Origin: a virus
Lineage: Duplodnaviria; Caudoviricetes
Length of the DNA: 29,020 nucleotides
Strand: one strand, 5' to 3'
IMG/VR virus record: IMGVR_UViG_3300028569_000128
Coordinates: 1 to 29,020 of that record
Part shown: piece after piece, positions 6,599-15,451 of the stretch
How the letters are laid out: each line of letters begins with the position of its first letter
How positions within the stretch are numbered: position 1 is the first letter of the stretch
Made by a program: the position numbers and the translations under genes
Notes under the pieces: generated by a model
What the model was told of the DNA's origin: nothing
What the model saw: the letters and a program-made list of their open reading frames with translations, nothing else
Databases searched by the model: none

Positions 6599-6950
6599 TC
6601 ATTGAATATTTTTATCATTGGGTCAAATATCAAAGCCTTGATTGTCTCACTTATTCTAGCAGTGTAGTCATTTTGTTTTCTAGTCACTTCGCTGTACTTA
6701 GATGGGGCAGGTGTGGGCCAGCGGGGGGTGTAGCGTTATATGTATACAGCATAGCCCACAGAACAGCTATTTCAACCTGTTAACCACAACACCATTTGCA
6801 CCACTTCATAGCTACAATACAGCCCACACACAGGCTACACAGCCTCTACAATGCGTTACCATCGGCAACCAAGGGCTACATAGCTCTACCACTCCACCAC
6901 CCCCTACAGGACCATTAAAGCCTTTGCCAATAACACAGCCTACCCCGCTA

Positions 6951-7180
6951 CAAAATCGACCATGAAAACACTGCCCTGTGTTGTTCCTACACCACACAAT
7001 GAAATATATCGCTTGACAAGATTTTCAGGATTGGTATAACATAGGGGTGATGGGGTGATGAGGCTACTATATAGTCCTATGTTGAAACAATTTAGAACCC
7101 ACATAGTAGATAACAACATACTCCTATATAGGTATATAGCTCTATAGGGCTATATAGCAAAATCGACCATGAAGACACTG
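6951..7180 (+). repeat. 23-bp direct repeat flanking the rightward promoter
   Basis: CAAAATCGACCATGAAAACACTG (6951) / CAAAATCGACCATGAAGACACTG (7158). Confidence 0.9.
7013..7040 (+). promoter_or_regulatory. rightward sigma70-like promoter
   Basis: TTGACA-16 bp-TATAAC with TG extension. Confidence 0.7.
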
Positions 7181-7304
7181 TCAATCAATTATTTGTTTTT
7201 CTTTTAGTTGTTTACTTTGTTGCCTTTTAGCAATATACTACAGTTCAACTAGTCAGTGTCGCTACAGTAGACAGCCTGAACTAGTCTATATAGAGCTAAA
7301 AACT

Positions 7305-7604
7305 ATGAAACAAAATAGCCAATCATTAATTAATTTATTGTTAGATCAAAAAGAGTTGTTGCTTACGAAAGAGCAGGTAGAAGCTAAAGGGCTTCTAAAC
7401 AGTCCACCGTACTCTTATGCTACAAAGATCTATATAGCTTTAAACAGAGGAAGCTTAGACAACGTTTATGTTCCTCATTCAGATGTGTTTTATGTTAGAG
7501 CTTCTGTTGAGAAGCAAACAGGTTTCTTTTTCCCGTTAGACAACATAGAAGAAGCGATGAGAGCTAATGGGTGGCGCGATAGGCGTAACAGTTGGAGATA
7601 TTAA
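7305..7604 (+). CDS. hypothetical phage protein
   Basis: First rightward ORF, 99 aa (VPHSDVFYVR). Confidence 0.7.
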   Translation: MKQNSQSLINLLLDQKELLLTKEQVEAKGLLNSPPYSYATKIYIALNRGSLDNVYVPHSDVFYVRASVEKQTGFFFPLDNIEEAMRANGWRDRRNSWRY

Positions 7605-7606
7605 CA

Positions 7607-7861
7607 ATGGCAATCAAAAGAGGCAGTGAAGAGTTTAGCGGCTATAATAAGCCTAAAGCAACACCAGATCATCCGACAAAGAGTCATGCTGTGCTGGCGA
7701 AGGATGGAGACAATGTTAAACTTATTCGATTTGGACAGAAGGGTGTTGAAGGAAGTCCCGATGGTAGCAAGCGTAACGAAGCCTTTAAAGCCCGTCATGC
7801 CTCTAACATTGCAAAGGGTAAGATGTCGGCTGCTTATTGGGCCAACAAAACTAAGTGGTAA
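7607..7861 (+). CDS. small basic conserved phage protein (RFGQ..FKARH..SAAYWA)
   Basis: GGAG RBS before ATG 7607; motif common in aquatic phage late regions. Confidence 0.85.
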   Translation: MAIKRGSEEFSGYNKPKATPDHPTKSHAVLAKDGDNVKLIRFGQKGVEGSPDGSKRNEAFKARHASNIAKGKMSAAYWANKTKW

Positions 7862-7927
7862 ACAAGCTGTAAAGCTGATATAACTTGTGCAGAGGCTATG
7901 CCTCTTTTTTACATTCAAAGGAAAAAT

Positions 7928-8614
7928 ATGTCTAAACCAACAGGTAAGCGGTTCAGTGACCGTGAAGAAACTCAAAAGGGTTCTAAAGACTCTAAGGCTG
8001 TGACCAAAGAAGGCTTGACCAATAAGAGTGATATGCTTCCTTCCCGCAGAGCTGACTTCATGAAGGACGCTAAGAGCGACATCGACCGTATGCTTAAGAC
8101 CGATAAGCCTGCCACTGGTGCTGCAAGGGCTAGTCAAGACGCTGCCAGAGAACGTGCTATGTCACGTACAGGTGGTCGTGCTGGTGCCATTGGTACAGCG
8201 TTGTCTGCTAGTTATGGACTTGGTCGTGTAATTGGTGAAGCTGGTATGGATGATGTTGTTCGCAAATTTATCGATAAGAGTGGCTTGGGTAAGAAGATTG
8301 ACAAAGCTGCTACTGGTGATAGAGTTGAGTTGTCTAAAGAGTCTAAGGCGCGTATTGCCGCTGGTGATCTTGAAAAAGGCAATGACGAGCGTGTGAACAA
8401 GAAAGACTTTCCCACTTACAAGAAAGACACCAAGAGTGCTGAGTCGTTCCGTAAGGAATTAAAAGACGCTAAAGAAAGTGGTAAAGACTCTTTCAGCTTT
8501 GAAGGTCGTAAGTACAATACAGAAGAAAAAGAAATGAACAAGGGTGGTATGATACGCAACAAAGGCATCGGTGCTTCCGTAAAGCCTCACAATGTCTTTG
8601 GAAAGAAGAAGTGA
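7928..8614 (+). CDS. Lys-rich putative virion/internal protein with C-terminal MNKGG motif
   Basis: AAGGA RBS; SFRKELKDAKESGKDSFSFEGRKYNTE module; ends MNKGGMIRNKGIGASVKP. Confidence 0.8.
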   Translation: MSKPTGKRFSDREETQKGSKDSKAVTKEGLTNKSDMLPSRRADFMKDAKSDIDRMLKTDKPATGAARASQDAARERAMSRTGGRAGAIGTALSASYGLGRVIGEAGMDDVVRKFIDKSGLGKKIDKAATGDRVELSKESKARIAAGDLEKGNDERVNKKDFPTYKKDTKSAESFRKELKDAKESGKDSFSFEGRKYNTEEKEMNKGGMIRNKGIGASVKPHNVFGKKK

Positions 8615-8615
8615 C

Positions 8616-9089
8616 ATGGCGAAGAATCCAAACATTGACGACGAAACACGTGAACGTGCTCGTAAGTTTGTTGAAGAGAAAGCAGAGAAGCCTGAGAAGG
8701 AATATCGTAGCGATCCCTATGGCAAGATGACAAAAGCTGAGCGTGATGCTCGTGTTGGCTATCCAGACGACTTCCCTCCTGCTGTTGTTTCAACAGCCTT
8801 TGACGAGGCCACTAAGCGTGTTGCTAAAGACAAACCTCGTGTTGTTAGCAAGAAAGAGTTGGAAGCGTCTGGCCTTAGCTTGCGTGATTTCCTCAACAAA
8901 GAGCGTGGCCTCACACGCCGAGAAGACAAACCAGACAGCAAAGTTGAAGCAGCTAAGAAGCAGTTGAAGCTTGGTGAGAAGGTTAGCTCTGAAGAAGTTG
9001 CAAAGGCTAAGAAGCAACTCAACTTCAACAAAGGCGGTATGGCTAATTGTGGTGCATCTGTACCACCTGCACAGAAAGCTAAGAAGTAA
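8616..9089 (+). CDS. charged putative virion/internal protein with C-terminal FNKGG motif
   Basis: VSKKELEASGLSLRDFLNKERGLTRR module; ends FNKGGMANCGASVPP. Confidence 0.8.
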   Translation: MAKNPNIDDETRERARKFVEEKAEKPEKEYRSDPYGKMTKAERDARVGYPDDFPPAVVSTAFDEATKRVAKDKPRVVSKKELEASGLSLRDFLNKERGLTRREDKPDSKVEAAKKQLKLGEKVSSEEVAKAKKQLNFNKGGMANCGASVPPAQKAKK

Positions 9090-9090
9090 T

Positions 9091-9276
9091 ATGGCTAAAG
9101 CTAAGAGCACAGTGAACGCTGCAGGCAACTACACCAAGCCTGAGTTGCGTAAGAAGATTGTGTCGCAGGTTAAAGCTGCAGCGACACAGGGCACTGCGGC
9201 GGGTCAGTGGAGCGCGAGAAAAAGTCAATTAGTGGCTAAGAAGTATAAGGCTGCTGGCGGCTCCTACAAAGACTGA
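9091..9276 (+). CDS. DUF5872-like protein, N-terminal half
   Basis: YTKPELRKKI...GQWSARKSQLVAKKYKAAGGSYK. Confidence 0.8.
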   Translation: MAKAKSTVNAAGNYTKPELRKKIVSQVKAAATQGTAAGQWSARKSQLVAKKYKAAGGSYKD

Positions 9277-9277
9277 T

Positions 9278-9511
9278 ATGAAAGCTCCACAGAAATCCCT
9301 CAAAGAGTGGACAGAGCAAAAATGGACGACTAAGTCAGGTAAGCGCTCATCAGATACAGGTGAGCGTTATTTGCCTGAAGCAGCCATCAAAGCTTTGTCA
9401 CCTGCAGAGTATGCTGCCACCACCAAAGCTAAGCGTGAAGGTAAGGCTAAAGGTAAACAGTTTGTTGCTCAACCAAAGAGCATTGCTAAGAAGACGGCTA
9501 AGCACCGTTAA
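9278..9511 (+). CDS. DUF5872-like protein, C-terminal half
   Basis: QKSLKEWTEQKWTTKSG...RYLPEAA...KREG..GKQFVAQP. Confidence 0.8.
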   Translation: MKAPQKSLKEWTEQKWTTKSGKRSSDTGERYLPEAAIKALSPAEYAATTKAKREGKAKGKQFVAQPKSIAKKTAKHR

Positions 9512-9522
9512 AGGAAACTATC

Positions 9523-9678
9523 ATGGCTACAAAGAAAACATTCAAGCCCTGCGAAGGCTGTCCAACCCCTGCCAAATGCAAAGCTGCTGGTAAATGTCTT
9601 GCCAAAGAAGGCAAGGGAAAACCTATGGGTATTGCCATTATGATTGGTGTTGGTAAGCCAATGAAGAAAGGTAAGTGA
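9523..9678 (+). CDS. small 4-Cys basic protein (51 aa), missed by ORF track
   Basis: AAGGA RBS; MATKKTFKPCEGCPTPAKCKAAGKCLAKEGKGKPMGIAIMIGVGKPMKKGK*; TGATG overlap with the next gene. Confidence 0.8.
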   Translation: MATKKTFKPCEGCPTPAKCKAAGKCLAKEGKGKPMGIAIMIGVGKPMKKGK

Positions 9679-10199
9679 TGGATCAAAAAGAAATTGAAGA
9701 AACTCGTGCTAGATTTAGCATGTCTGGTGGCGCTAATACTTTTAGTAATGATGGTGTTAAAGGTACTGGTGGTGGTGGTCGCATTGGTGTATCTAAAGAA
9801 CTAGACTCTGGTGATCGCGTTTCTGCTGGCATCAGTGGTATGGCATCAAAGGTTAAGGTTGACACTCCTGATGGTGAGAAGACTTTTAAGCAAAAGAAGA
9901 TTACTGGCGTTGATGCTTCTTATTCCAGAGGTGACACAACCTATGGTATTTCAGCATCTAAGCAGCCTATGATGGATGGTAAGATGGATAAGAAACTTAA
10001 CTTGTCCATTACAAGGTCGTTTGCTAAAGGTGGTGCTGTTACTAAGCAAACTCCAAAGCAAACCAAGAAGGTTGCTAAAGTGATGGGAGAGTTCAAGGAA
10101 GGCTCCCTGCACAGCGGCAAAGGCGGTAAGGTGGTTAAGTCTCCTAAGCAGGCTATAGCCATTGCGTTGTCTGAAGCTAAAGTGAAAGCTAAAAAGTAA
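9678..10199 (+). CDS. beta-strand-rich domain + FAKGG + DUF6496-like C-terminus
   Basis: C-terminal KVAKVMGEFKEGSLHSG...KQAIAIALSEA. Confidence 0.8.
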   Translation: MDQKEIEETRARFSMSGGANTFSNDGVKGTGGGGRIGVSKELDSGDRVSAGISGMASKVKVDTPDGEKTFKQKKITGVDASYSRGDTTYGISASKQPMMDGKMDKKLNLSITRSFAKGGAVTKQTPKQTKKVAKVMGEFKEGSLHSGKGGKVVKSPKQAIAIALSEAKVKAKK

Positions 10200-10549
10200 T
10201 GAAGGGTGAACCTAAACTTCGCAGTGTTGGCACCAACCTCACCGCTGGTGCAGCCAACACTGTTTATACATGTCCAGCCAATCATACGGTTAAGGTGGAG
10301 TTGTTGTTTGTAGCAAGCAATACAAGCGGCAACAAAACAGTGTCTATTAAATGGCACGACAATAGCGCGGGTACTAACTATTTCATTGTTGGTGGCTACA
10401 CTATCTCTGCTTACAACTTTCTTAAGATTGATGGAAGCTATCTCGTTCTTAATGCTGGTGACTATCTTGTTATCACACCAGAAGCGGGTAGCACAATGGA
10501 TGCAACAATTAGTGTTGAAGAATACTTCGACCCAATGAATAAAATTTAA
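10199..10549 (+). CDS. putative virion structural beta-sandwich protein
   Basis: TVYTCPANHT...LVLNAGDYL pattern typical of small phage structural proteins. Confidence 0.7.
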   Translation: MKGEPKLRSVGTNLTAGAANTVYTCPANHTVKVELLFVASNTSGNKTVSIKWHDNSAGTNYFIVGGYTISAYNFLKIDGSYLVLNAGDYLVITPEAGSTMDATISVEEYFDPMNKI

Positions 10550-10551
10550 CA

Positions 10552-10920
10552 ATGGCTAAAGAACTAACAGACCAACATAAGCGCTTCCTTGAAGTGTTGT
10601 TTGCTGATGCAAACGGTAACATCAACGCAGCTATGCGTATGGCAGGCTTCTCTGAAGGCTACAGCCGTCGAAGCCTCACCAACTATCTCAAAGAAGAAAT
10701 CATTGAAGCTACACAGCTTTACATTGCTATGGCAGCACCAAAGGCTGCAGTGGCTATGATAGGTGCCATTGACGATCCTACGGAGCTTGGCCTTAAAGAG
10801 AAGATGTCAGCCGCTAAAGACTTGCTTGACCGTGCTGGTCTTGTCAAGACAGAAAAGGTGCATGTTGAAAGCACTGGTGGCATCATGGTGTTGCCTGCTA
10901 AGGAACGCGAGGAAGAGTGA
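10552..10920 (+). CDS. terS: probable terminase small subunit
   Basis: LTDQHKRFL...AAMRMAGFS HTH-like N-terminus; AAKDLLDRAG; located upstream of TerL. Confidence 0.7.
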   Translation: MAKELTDQHKRFLEVLFADANGNINAAMRMAGFSEGYSRRSLTNYLKEEIIEATQLYIAMAAPKAAVAMIGAIDDPTELGLKEKMSAAKDLLDRAGLVKTEKVHVESTGGIMVLPAKEREEE

Positions 10921-11381
10921 TGGGGACTGCATCGTTTGATTTTGGCTTGGGAGTCTTTGTACTTCCACAGCCTACAACAAAAGATGAGTATGTTAAAATA
11001 CCAAGACTATCACGCACTATACCTTTTGGTTATATTGTTGACAGTGAAGATGATGGTTGGCTTCAACCTGTAGCACTTGAGCTTGATGCGCTTGAAAAAG
11101 CTAAGAAGTATTTGAAGCAGTATAGCTCTAGGCAGGTGGCAGCGTGGATTACCACTGTAACTGGTAGAGAGATAAGTCATGTTGGTTTATTAAAACGTGT
11201 AAAGAATGAACAGTCCCACAAACGCAAATCCTCTACTTATCGAAAGCTTGCCGATGGGTACGAAAAAGCCCTTAAAAAAGCGCAAGAGTACGAAGAAAGA
11301 ATCGGAACAAAAGACGGAAGCTTCTTCGATAGTGATCGATACGTCAAACTTACAACCCTCTTCACAGCCAAACCCGATTGA
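10920..11381 (+). CDS. DNA-binding protein resembling the recombinase (PF07508-like) winged domain
   Basis: IPFGY...ELDALEKAKKYLKQYSSRQVAAWIT...ISHVGLLKR; no serine catalytic domain. Confidence 0.65.
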   Translation: MGTASFDFGLGVFVLPQPTTKDEYVKIPRLSRTIPFGYIVDSEDDGWLQPVALELDALEKAKKYLKQYSSRQVAAWITTVTGREISHVGLLKRVKNEQSHKRKSSTYRKLADGYEKALKKAQEYEERIGTKDGSFFDSDRYVKLTTLFTAKPD

Positions 11382-12792
11382 AGTTGTTCAGCCTGAGCGC
11401 GACAACGTCATCTTCAGACCCAACCCCGGCCCTCAGACCAACTTCCTAGCCGCCTCAGAGCGTGAAGTGTTGTATGGTGGTGCTGCTGGTGGCGGTAAAA
11501 GCTATGCCATTCTTGCCGATCCTTTGCGTTACATGGCCCATCCACAATTCAGTGGACTTATTCTTCGCCACACCACTGAAGAACTACGAGAGTTGATATG
11601 GAAGTCTCAAGAGATGTATCCAAAAATCTACCCCGGTATCAAGTGGAGTGAGCGAAAGATGCAATGGCAGCATCCAAGTGGTGGTAAGTTGTGGATGTCC
11701 TACCTCGACCGTGATGAAGACGTGATGCGTTATCAAGGTTTGTCGTTCTCCTACATTGCTTGGGACGAGCTAACCCAATGGCCTACACCATTTGCTTACA
11801 ACTATATGCGTTCTCGTCTGCGTACAGCAGCGACTGATCTGCCTGTATTCATGAGAGCCACCACCAACCCCGGTGGTCCCGGCCATCAATGGGTTAGGAA
11901 GATGTTCATTGTGCCTTCAGCACCCGGTAAAAGCTTCTATGCCACCGATGTTGAGACAGGAGAGACACTGGTCTACCCTAAAGGACACAGCAGAGAAGGC
12001 GAACCACTGTTTAAACGCAAGTTTATATCGGCTAAGCTGGCTGACAATCCTTATTTGGCTGCTTCAGGCGACTATGAAACGATGTTGTTGTCCTTACCAG
12101 AGCACCAACGTAAGCAATTGTTGGAAGGAAATTGGGATATTGCAGAGGGTGCAGCGTTTTCTGAGTTCAATAGAGCCATTCACGTTGTAGATCCGTTTAC
12201 TCTTCCGTCAAGTTGGCCTCGTTTTAGGTCTGCCGACTATGGATATGGTAGCTATAGCGCTGTATTGTGGTTTGCTGTAGCACCTGACGATAGTTTGGTA
12301 GTGTACAGAGAGCTTTATGTCAGCAAAGTGCTGGCAGAAGACCTTGCTGTGATGGTTATGCAGGCCGAAGATGGTGAAAAGATACGTTATGGTGTACTTG
12401 ATAGCTCATGTTGGCACAAACGGGGTGACACTGGACCATCTATTGCGGAACGAATGATCATGAAGGGGTGCCGCTGGCGACCTGCTGACCGTTCTGCTGG
12501 TAGTCGCATCGCAGGTAAGAACGAAATCCATCGTCGCCTGCAAATTGACACAACGACAGAGCAGCCTCGTATGGTTTTCTTCAATACCTGTATACAAACC
12601 ATTGCTGACCTACCAACTCTACCCATCGATAAGACAAACATGGAAGACATTAACACTAAAGTGAGTAACGATCATACTTATGATGCGTTGCGTTATGGTG
12701 TAATGTCACGCCCACGCAGTGGTTTGTTTGATTATGACCCCATGTCACACAAATCCGGTATTAACGTAGCAGACGAAATATTTGGCTATTAA
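11254..12792 (+). CDS. terL: terminase large subunit (start uncertain, about 11206-11332)
   Basis: Walker A YGGAAGGGKS, Walker B IAWDE, TTNPGG, nuclease ADYGY and DHTYDALRY. Confidence 0.97.
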   Translation: MGTKKPLKKRKSTKKESEQKTEASSIVIDTSNLQPSSQPNPIEVVQPERDNVIFRPNPGPQTNFLAASEREVLYGGAAGGGKSYAILADPLRYMAHPQFSGLILRHTTEELRELIWKSQEMYPKIYPGIKWSERKMQWQHPSGGKLWMSYLDRDEDVMRYQGLSFSYIAWDELTQWPTPFAYNYMRSRLRTAATDLPVFMRATTNPGGPGHQWVRKMFIVPSAPGKSFYATDVETGETLVYPKGHSREGEPLFKRKFISAKLADNPYLAASGDYETMLLSLPEHQRKQLLEGNWDIAEGAAFSEFNRAIHVVDPFTLPSSWPRFRSADYGYGSYSAVLWFAVAPDDSLVVYRELYVSKVLAEDLAVMVMQAEDGEKIRYGVLDSSCWHKRGDTGPSIAERMIMKGCRWRPADRSAGSRIAGKNEIHRRLQIDTTTEQPRMVFFNTCIQTIADLPTLPIDKTNMEDINTKVSNDHTYDALRYGVMSRPRSGLFDYDPMSHKSGINVADEIFGY

Positions 12793-12833
12793 ATCGCTAC
12801 ATGTTATACCTTTCATTATAATTTGGAACACCT

Positions 12834-14912
12834 ATGGCACTCATTGATAAACCTTCTAACGATAAAACACTAGCTCTTGACGACAGTCCAAAGAACGAGG
12901 ACGACTTTCAAGCTTCTGGAATTATCAGCTTCATTGAAAAGCGCTATACCAGATCGGAAGAGTCACGCCGCACCGACGAAGAACGCTGGCTCCGTGCCTA
13001 TCGCAACTACCGTGGTCTATATGGTCCAACTTTCAAGTTTACTGAAACTGAAAAGAGTCGTGTATTTGTTAAGGTGACAAAGACTAAGACGCTTGCTGCG
13101 TATGGTCAGATTACCGATGTGTTGTTTTCTAACAACAAGTTTCCTTTGAGTATTGACCCGTCTGTGTTGCCTGAAGGTGTAGCAGCAGACGTTCATTTTG
13201 ATCCAAAGAATCCAGAAACAGAAGCACCATCCATTCCGTTTGGTGAAGAAGGTGGCGCTAGTATCGGTAAAGACTTTGACTTGGACAAGCTGGAAGAGAT
13301 GCTTGGTGGTTTGAAAGAAGACCTGAAGGACGTTCCCGGTTTGAAGATGGGTGTTGGAAAGACACCTACATCTGTTACGTTTAGTCCAGCTATGGTGGCT
13401 GCTAAGAAGATGGAGAAGAAAATCCATGACCAGCTTGAGGAAAGCGGGGCCAGTAAACATCTACGTGCTTCAGCATTTGAGATGTCATTGTTTGGTACAG
13501 GGGTGATGAAGGGTCCGTTTGCTGTCAACAAAGAATATCCCAACTGGACAGAAGACGGTGAATATAAACCAACAATTAAGACAGTACCTGAAGCATCACA
13601 TGTTTCCATTTGGAACTTCTATTGGGATCCTGACGCAAGCAATACAGAAGATTGCCAATATGTTATTGAGCGTCACAAGATGTCACGCACACAGCTACGT
13701 GCTTTGAAGCGCCGTCCCCACTTCCGTAAGAATGTCATTGACCAACTCATTGATCAAGGTGAAACTTACATTAAGAAATATTGGGAAGATGATTTACGTG
13801 ACTACGCTCCTAGCTTTGACGTTGATCGTTTTGAAGTGTTGGAGTATTGGGGCAATATTGATATTGAATTGCTGGAAGAGAACAACATTGATATTCCAAA
13901 AGAGTATGCTGATGGTGATGAGTTGCAGGCTAACATATGGTATTGCAACGGCAAGGTTATTCGGTTGGTACTGAACCCATTCAAGCCTGCAAAGATTCCA
14001 TACTATGCTGTTCCTTATGAACTAAACCCATACAGCTTGGCTGGTGTTGGTATTGCAGAGAACATGGACGATACGCAAACATTGATGAATGGCTTCATGC
14101 GTATGGCTGTTGACAACGCTGTGTTGTCGGGCAACCTTGTCTTTGAAGTTGATGAAACCAATCTTGTTCCCGGCCAAGACATGTCGGTCTATCCCGGTAA
14201 AGTGTTTCGTCGTCAAGGCGGTGCTCCCGGTCAAAGCCTGTTTGGTACTAAGTTTCCTAACGTATCTCAAGAGAATCTGCAACTGTTTGACAAAGCTCGG
14301 CAGCTTGCTGATGAGTCGACAGGCATGCCTTCATTTGCTCACGGTCAAACTGGTGTGAGTGGTGTTGGTCGTACAGCTTCTGGCATCTCTATGTTGATGA
14401 ACGCTGCGGGTGGTTCCATCAAGACAGTGATTAAGAACGTTGATGATTATTTGCTGGCACCATTGGGTAAAGCGTTCTTTAGCTTCAACATGCAATTTGA
14501 TTTTGATCCAGAAATTAGAGGCGACTTGGAAGTAAACGCTCGTGGCACTGAAAGCTTGATGGCAACTGAAGTTCGCTCTCAACGACTGATGCAGTTCTTG
14601 CAGATTGTCAGCAACCCTGCGTTGATGCCATTTGCTAAGATGCCTTACATCATCCGTGAAATTGCTAAGTCTATGGATTTGGATCAGGATAAGGTTACTA
14701 ACAACACGGATGAGGCAGCACGTCAGGCTGCATTGATGGCACCTCCTGCAGCGCCAGCGGGTGCTGCTCCTGCTGCTGGTGCTCCACCTGTACCGGGTGC
14801 TGGTGGTCCTCTCGGTGTTGCAGACATGACAGGCGGTGGTGGTGGCAACATTGGTGTTGGTGCTGCCCCTACTCCACAAGAGCAGGGGTTTTCAGGTAAC
14901 ATTCAACAATGA
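12834..14912 (+). CDS. portal protein
   Basis: 692 aa directly after TerL; RTASGISML motif; Gly/Pro/Ala-rich C-terminal tail. Confidence 0.93.
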   Translation: MALIDKPSNDKTLALDDSPKNEDDFQASGIISFIEKRYTRSEESRRTDEERWLRAYRNYRGLYGPTFKFTETEKSRVFVKVTKTKTLAAYGQITDVLFSNNKFPLSIDPSVLPEGVAADVHFDPKNPETEAPSIPFGEEGGASIGKDFDLDKLEEMLGGLKEDLKDVPGLKMGVGKTPTSVTFSPAMVAAKKMEKKIHDQLEESGASKHLRASAFEMSLFGTGVMKGPFAVNKEYPNWTEDGEYKPTIKTVPEASHVSIWNFYWDPDASNTEDCQYVIERHKMSRTQLRALKRRPHFRKNVIDQLIDQGETYIKKYWEDDLRDYAPSFDVDRFEVLEYWGNIDIELLEENNIDIPKEYADGDELQANIWYCNGKVIRLVLNPFKPAKIPYYAVPYELNPYSLAGVGIAENMDDTQTLMNGFMRMAVDNAVLSGNLVFEVDETNLVPGQDMSVYPGKVFRRQGGAPGQSLFGTKFPNVSQENLQLFDKARQLADESTGMPSFAHGQTGVSGVGRTASGISMLMNAAGGSIKTVIKNVDDYLLAPLGKAFFSFNMQFDFDPEIRGDLEVNARGTESLMATEVRSQRLMQFLQIVSNPALMPFAKMPYIIREIAKSMDLDQDKVTNNTDEAARQAALMAPPAAPAGAAPAAGAPPVPGAGGPLGVADMTGGGGGNIGVGAAPTPQEQGFSGNIQQ

Positions 14913-15451
14913 TGATTAAGACATGTACAAGATGCAACTCTCAAAAGGAGTTGTTTCATTTTGCTCAGAGAAAAGCAAGCAAGGACGGCTTTAATTCTGC
15001 TTGTAAAGAATGTGTAACATTATATAGGCAGTCTAAGAAGGATAGTATCTCCGAGTACAACAAAGTGTATAGAGAGAAAAACAAAGACTTTTTAATAGAG
15101 AGATGTAGAGAGTGGAGAGGCGAAAATGCTGAACAAGTGATTCTGTACAAAAGACACTATAGAAAAGCTGAACCACTCAAGCATTCGGTATGGGATGCAA
15201 ATAAAAGAGCAAAACGACTCAAGCGTTTTCCTGCATGGCTAACTGAAGAAGACAAGCTGTCTATATCAAACATCTATGAAGAAACAAGAACACTTAGCGC
15301 GATTACTGGCATTAGTCACCAAGTAGATCACATTGTTCCTTTATTGGGTAAGAATGTTAGCGGATTACATGTCCCTTGGAATCTGCAAGTGCTGACAAGT
15401 TTAGAGAACAACATTAAGAACAACAAGTTTTATGAGGATATGATTCAATGA
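14909..15451 (+). CDS. free-standing HNH homing endonuclease
   Basis: KTCTRC..CKEC Zn finger; HQVDHIVPLLGKNVSGLHVPWNLQVL..EN..KNN; AT-richer codons than neighbours. Confidence 0.92.
   Translation: MMIKTCTRCNSQKELFHFAQRKASKDGFNSACKECVTLYRQSKKDSISEYNKVYREKNKDFLIERCREWRGENAEQVILYKRHYRKAEPLKHSVWDANKRAKRLKRFPAWLTEEDKLSISNIYEETRTLSAITGISHQVDHIVPLLGKNVSGLHVPWNLQVLTSLENNIKNNKFYEDMIQ

Noticed and set aside
6734-6749. LexA box-like CGTTATATGTATACAG
   Set aside because: The left half-site lacks CTGT, so the match is too weak.
6702-6997. ORFs 6702..6965 (+) and 6812..6997 (-)
   Set aside because: Translations merely reflect the C/A-rich repeats; no RBS; treated as non-coding.
6300-7200. Possible CRISPR mini-array from the direct repeats
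   Set aside because: Only two copies each, with spacers of 25 bp and about 184 bp, imperfect repeats and no cas genes.
14909-15451. Group I intron or intein around the endonuclease genes
   Set aside because: Flanking portal and capsid genes are complete with their own stops, so the endonucleases are free-standing.
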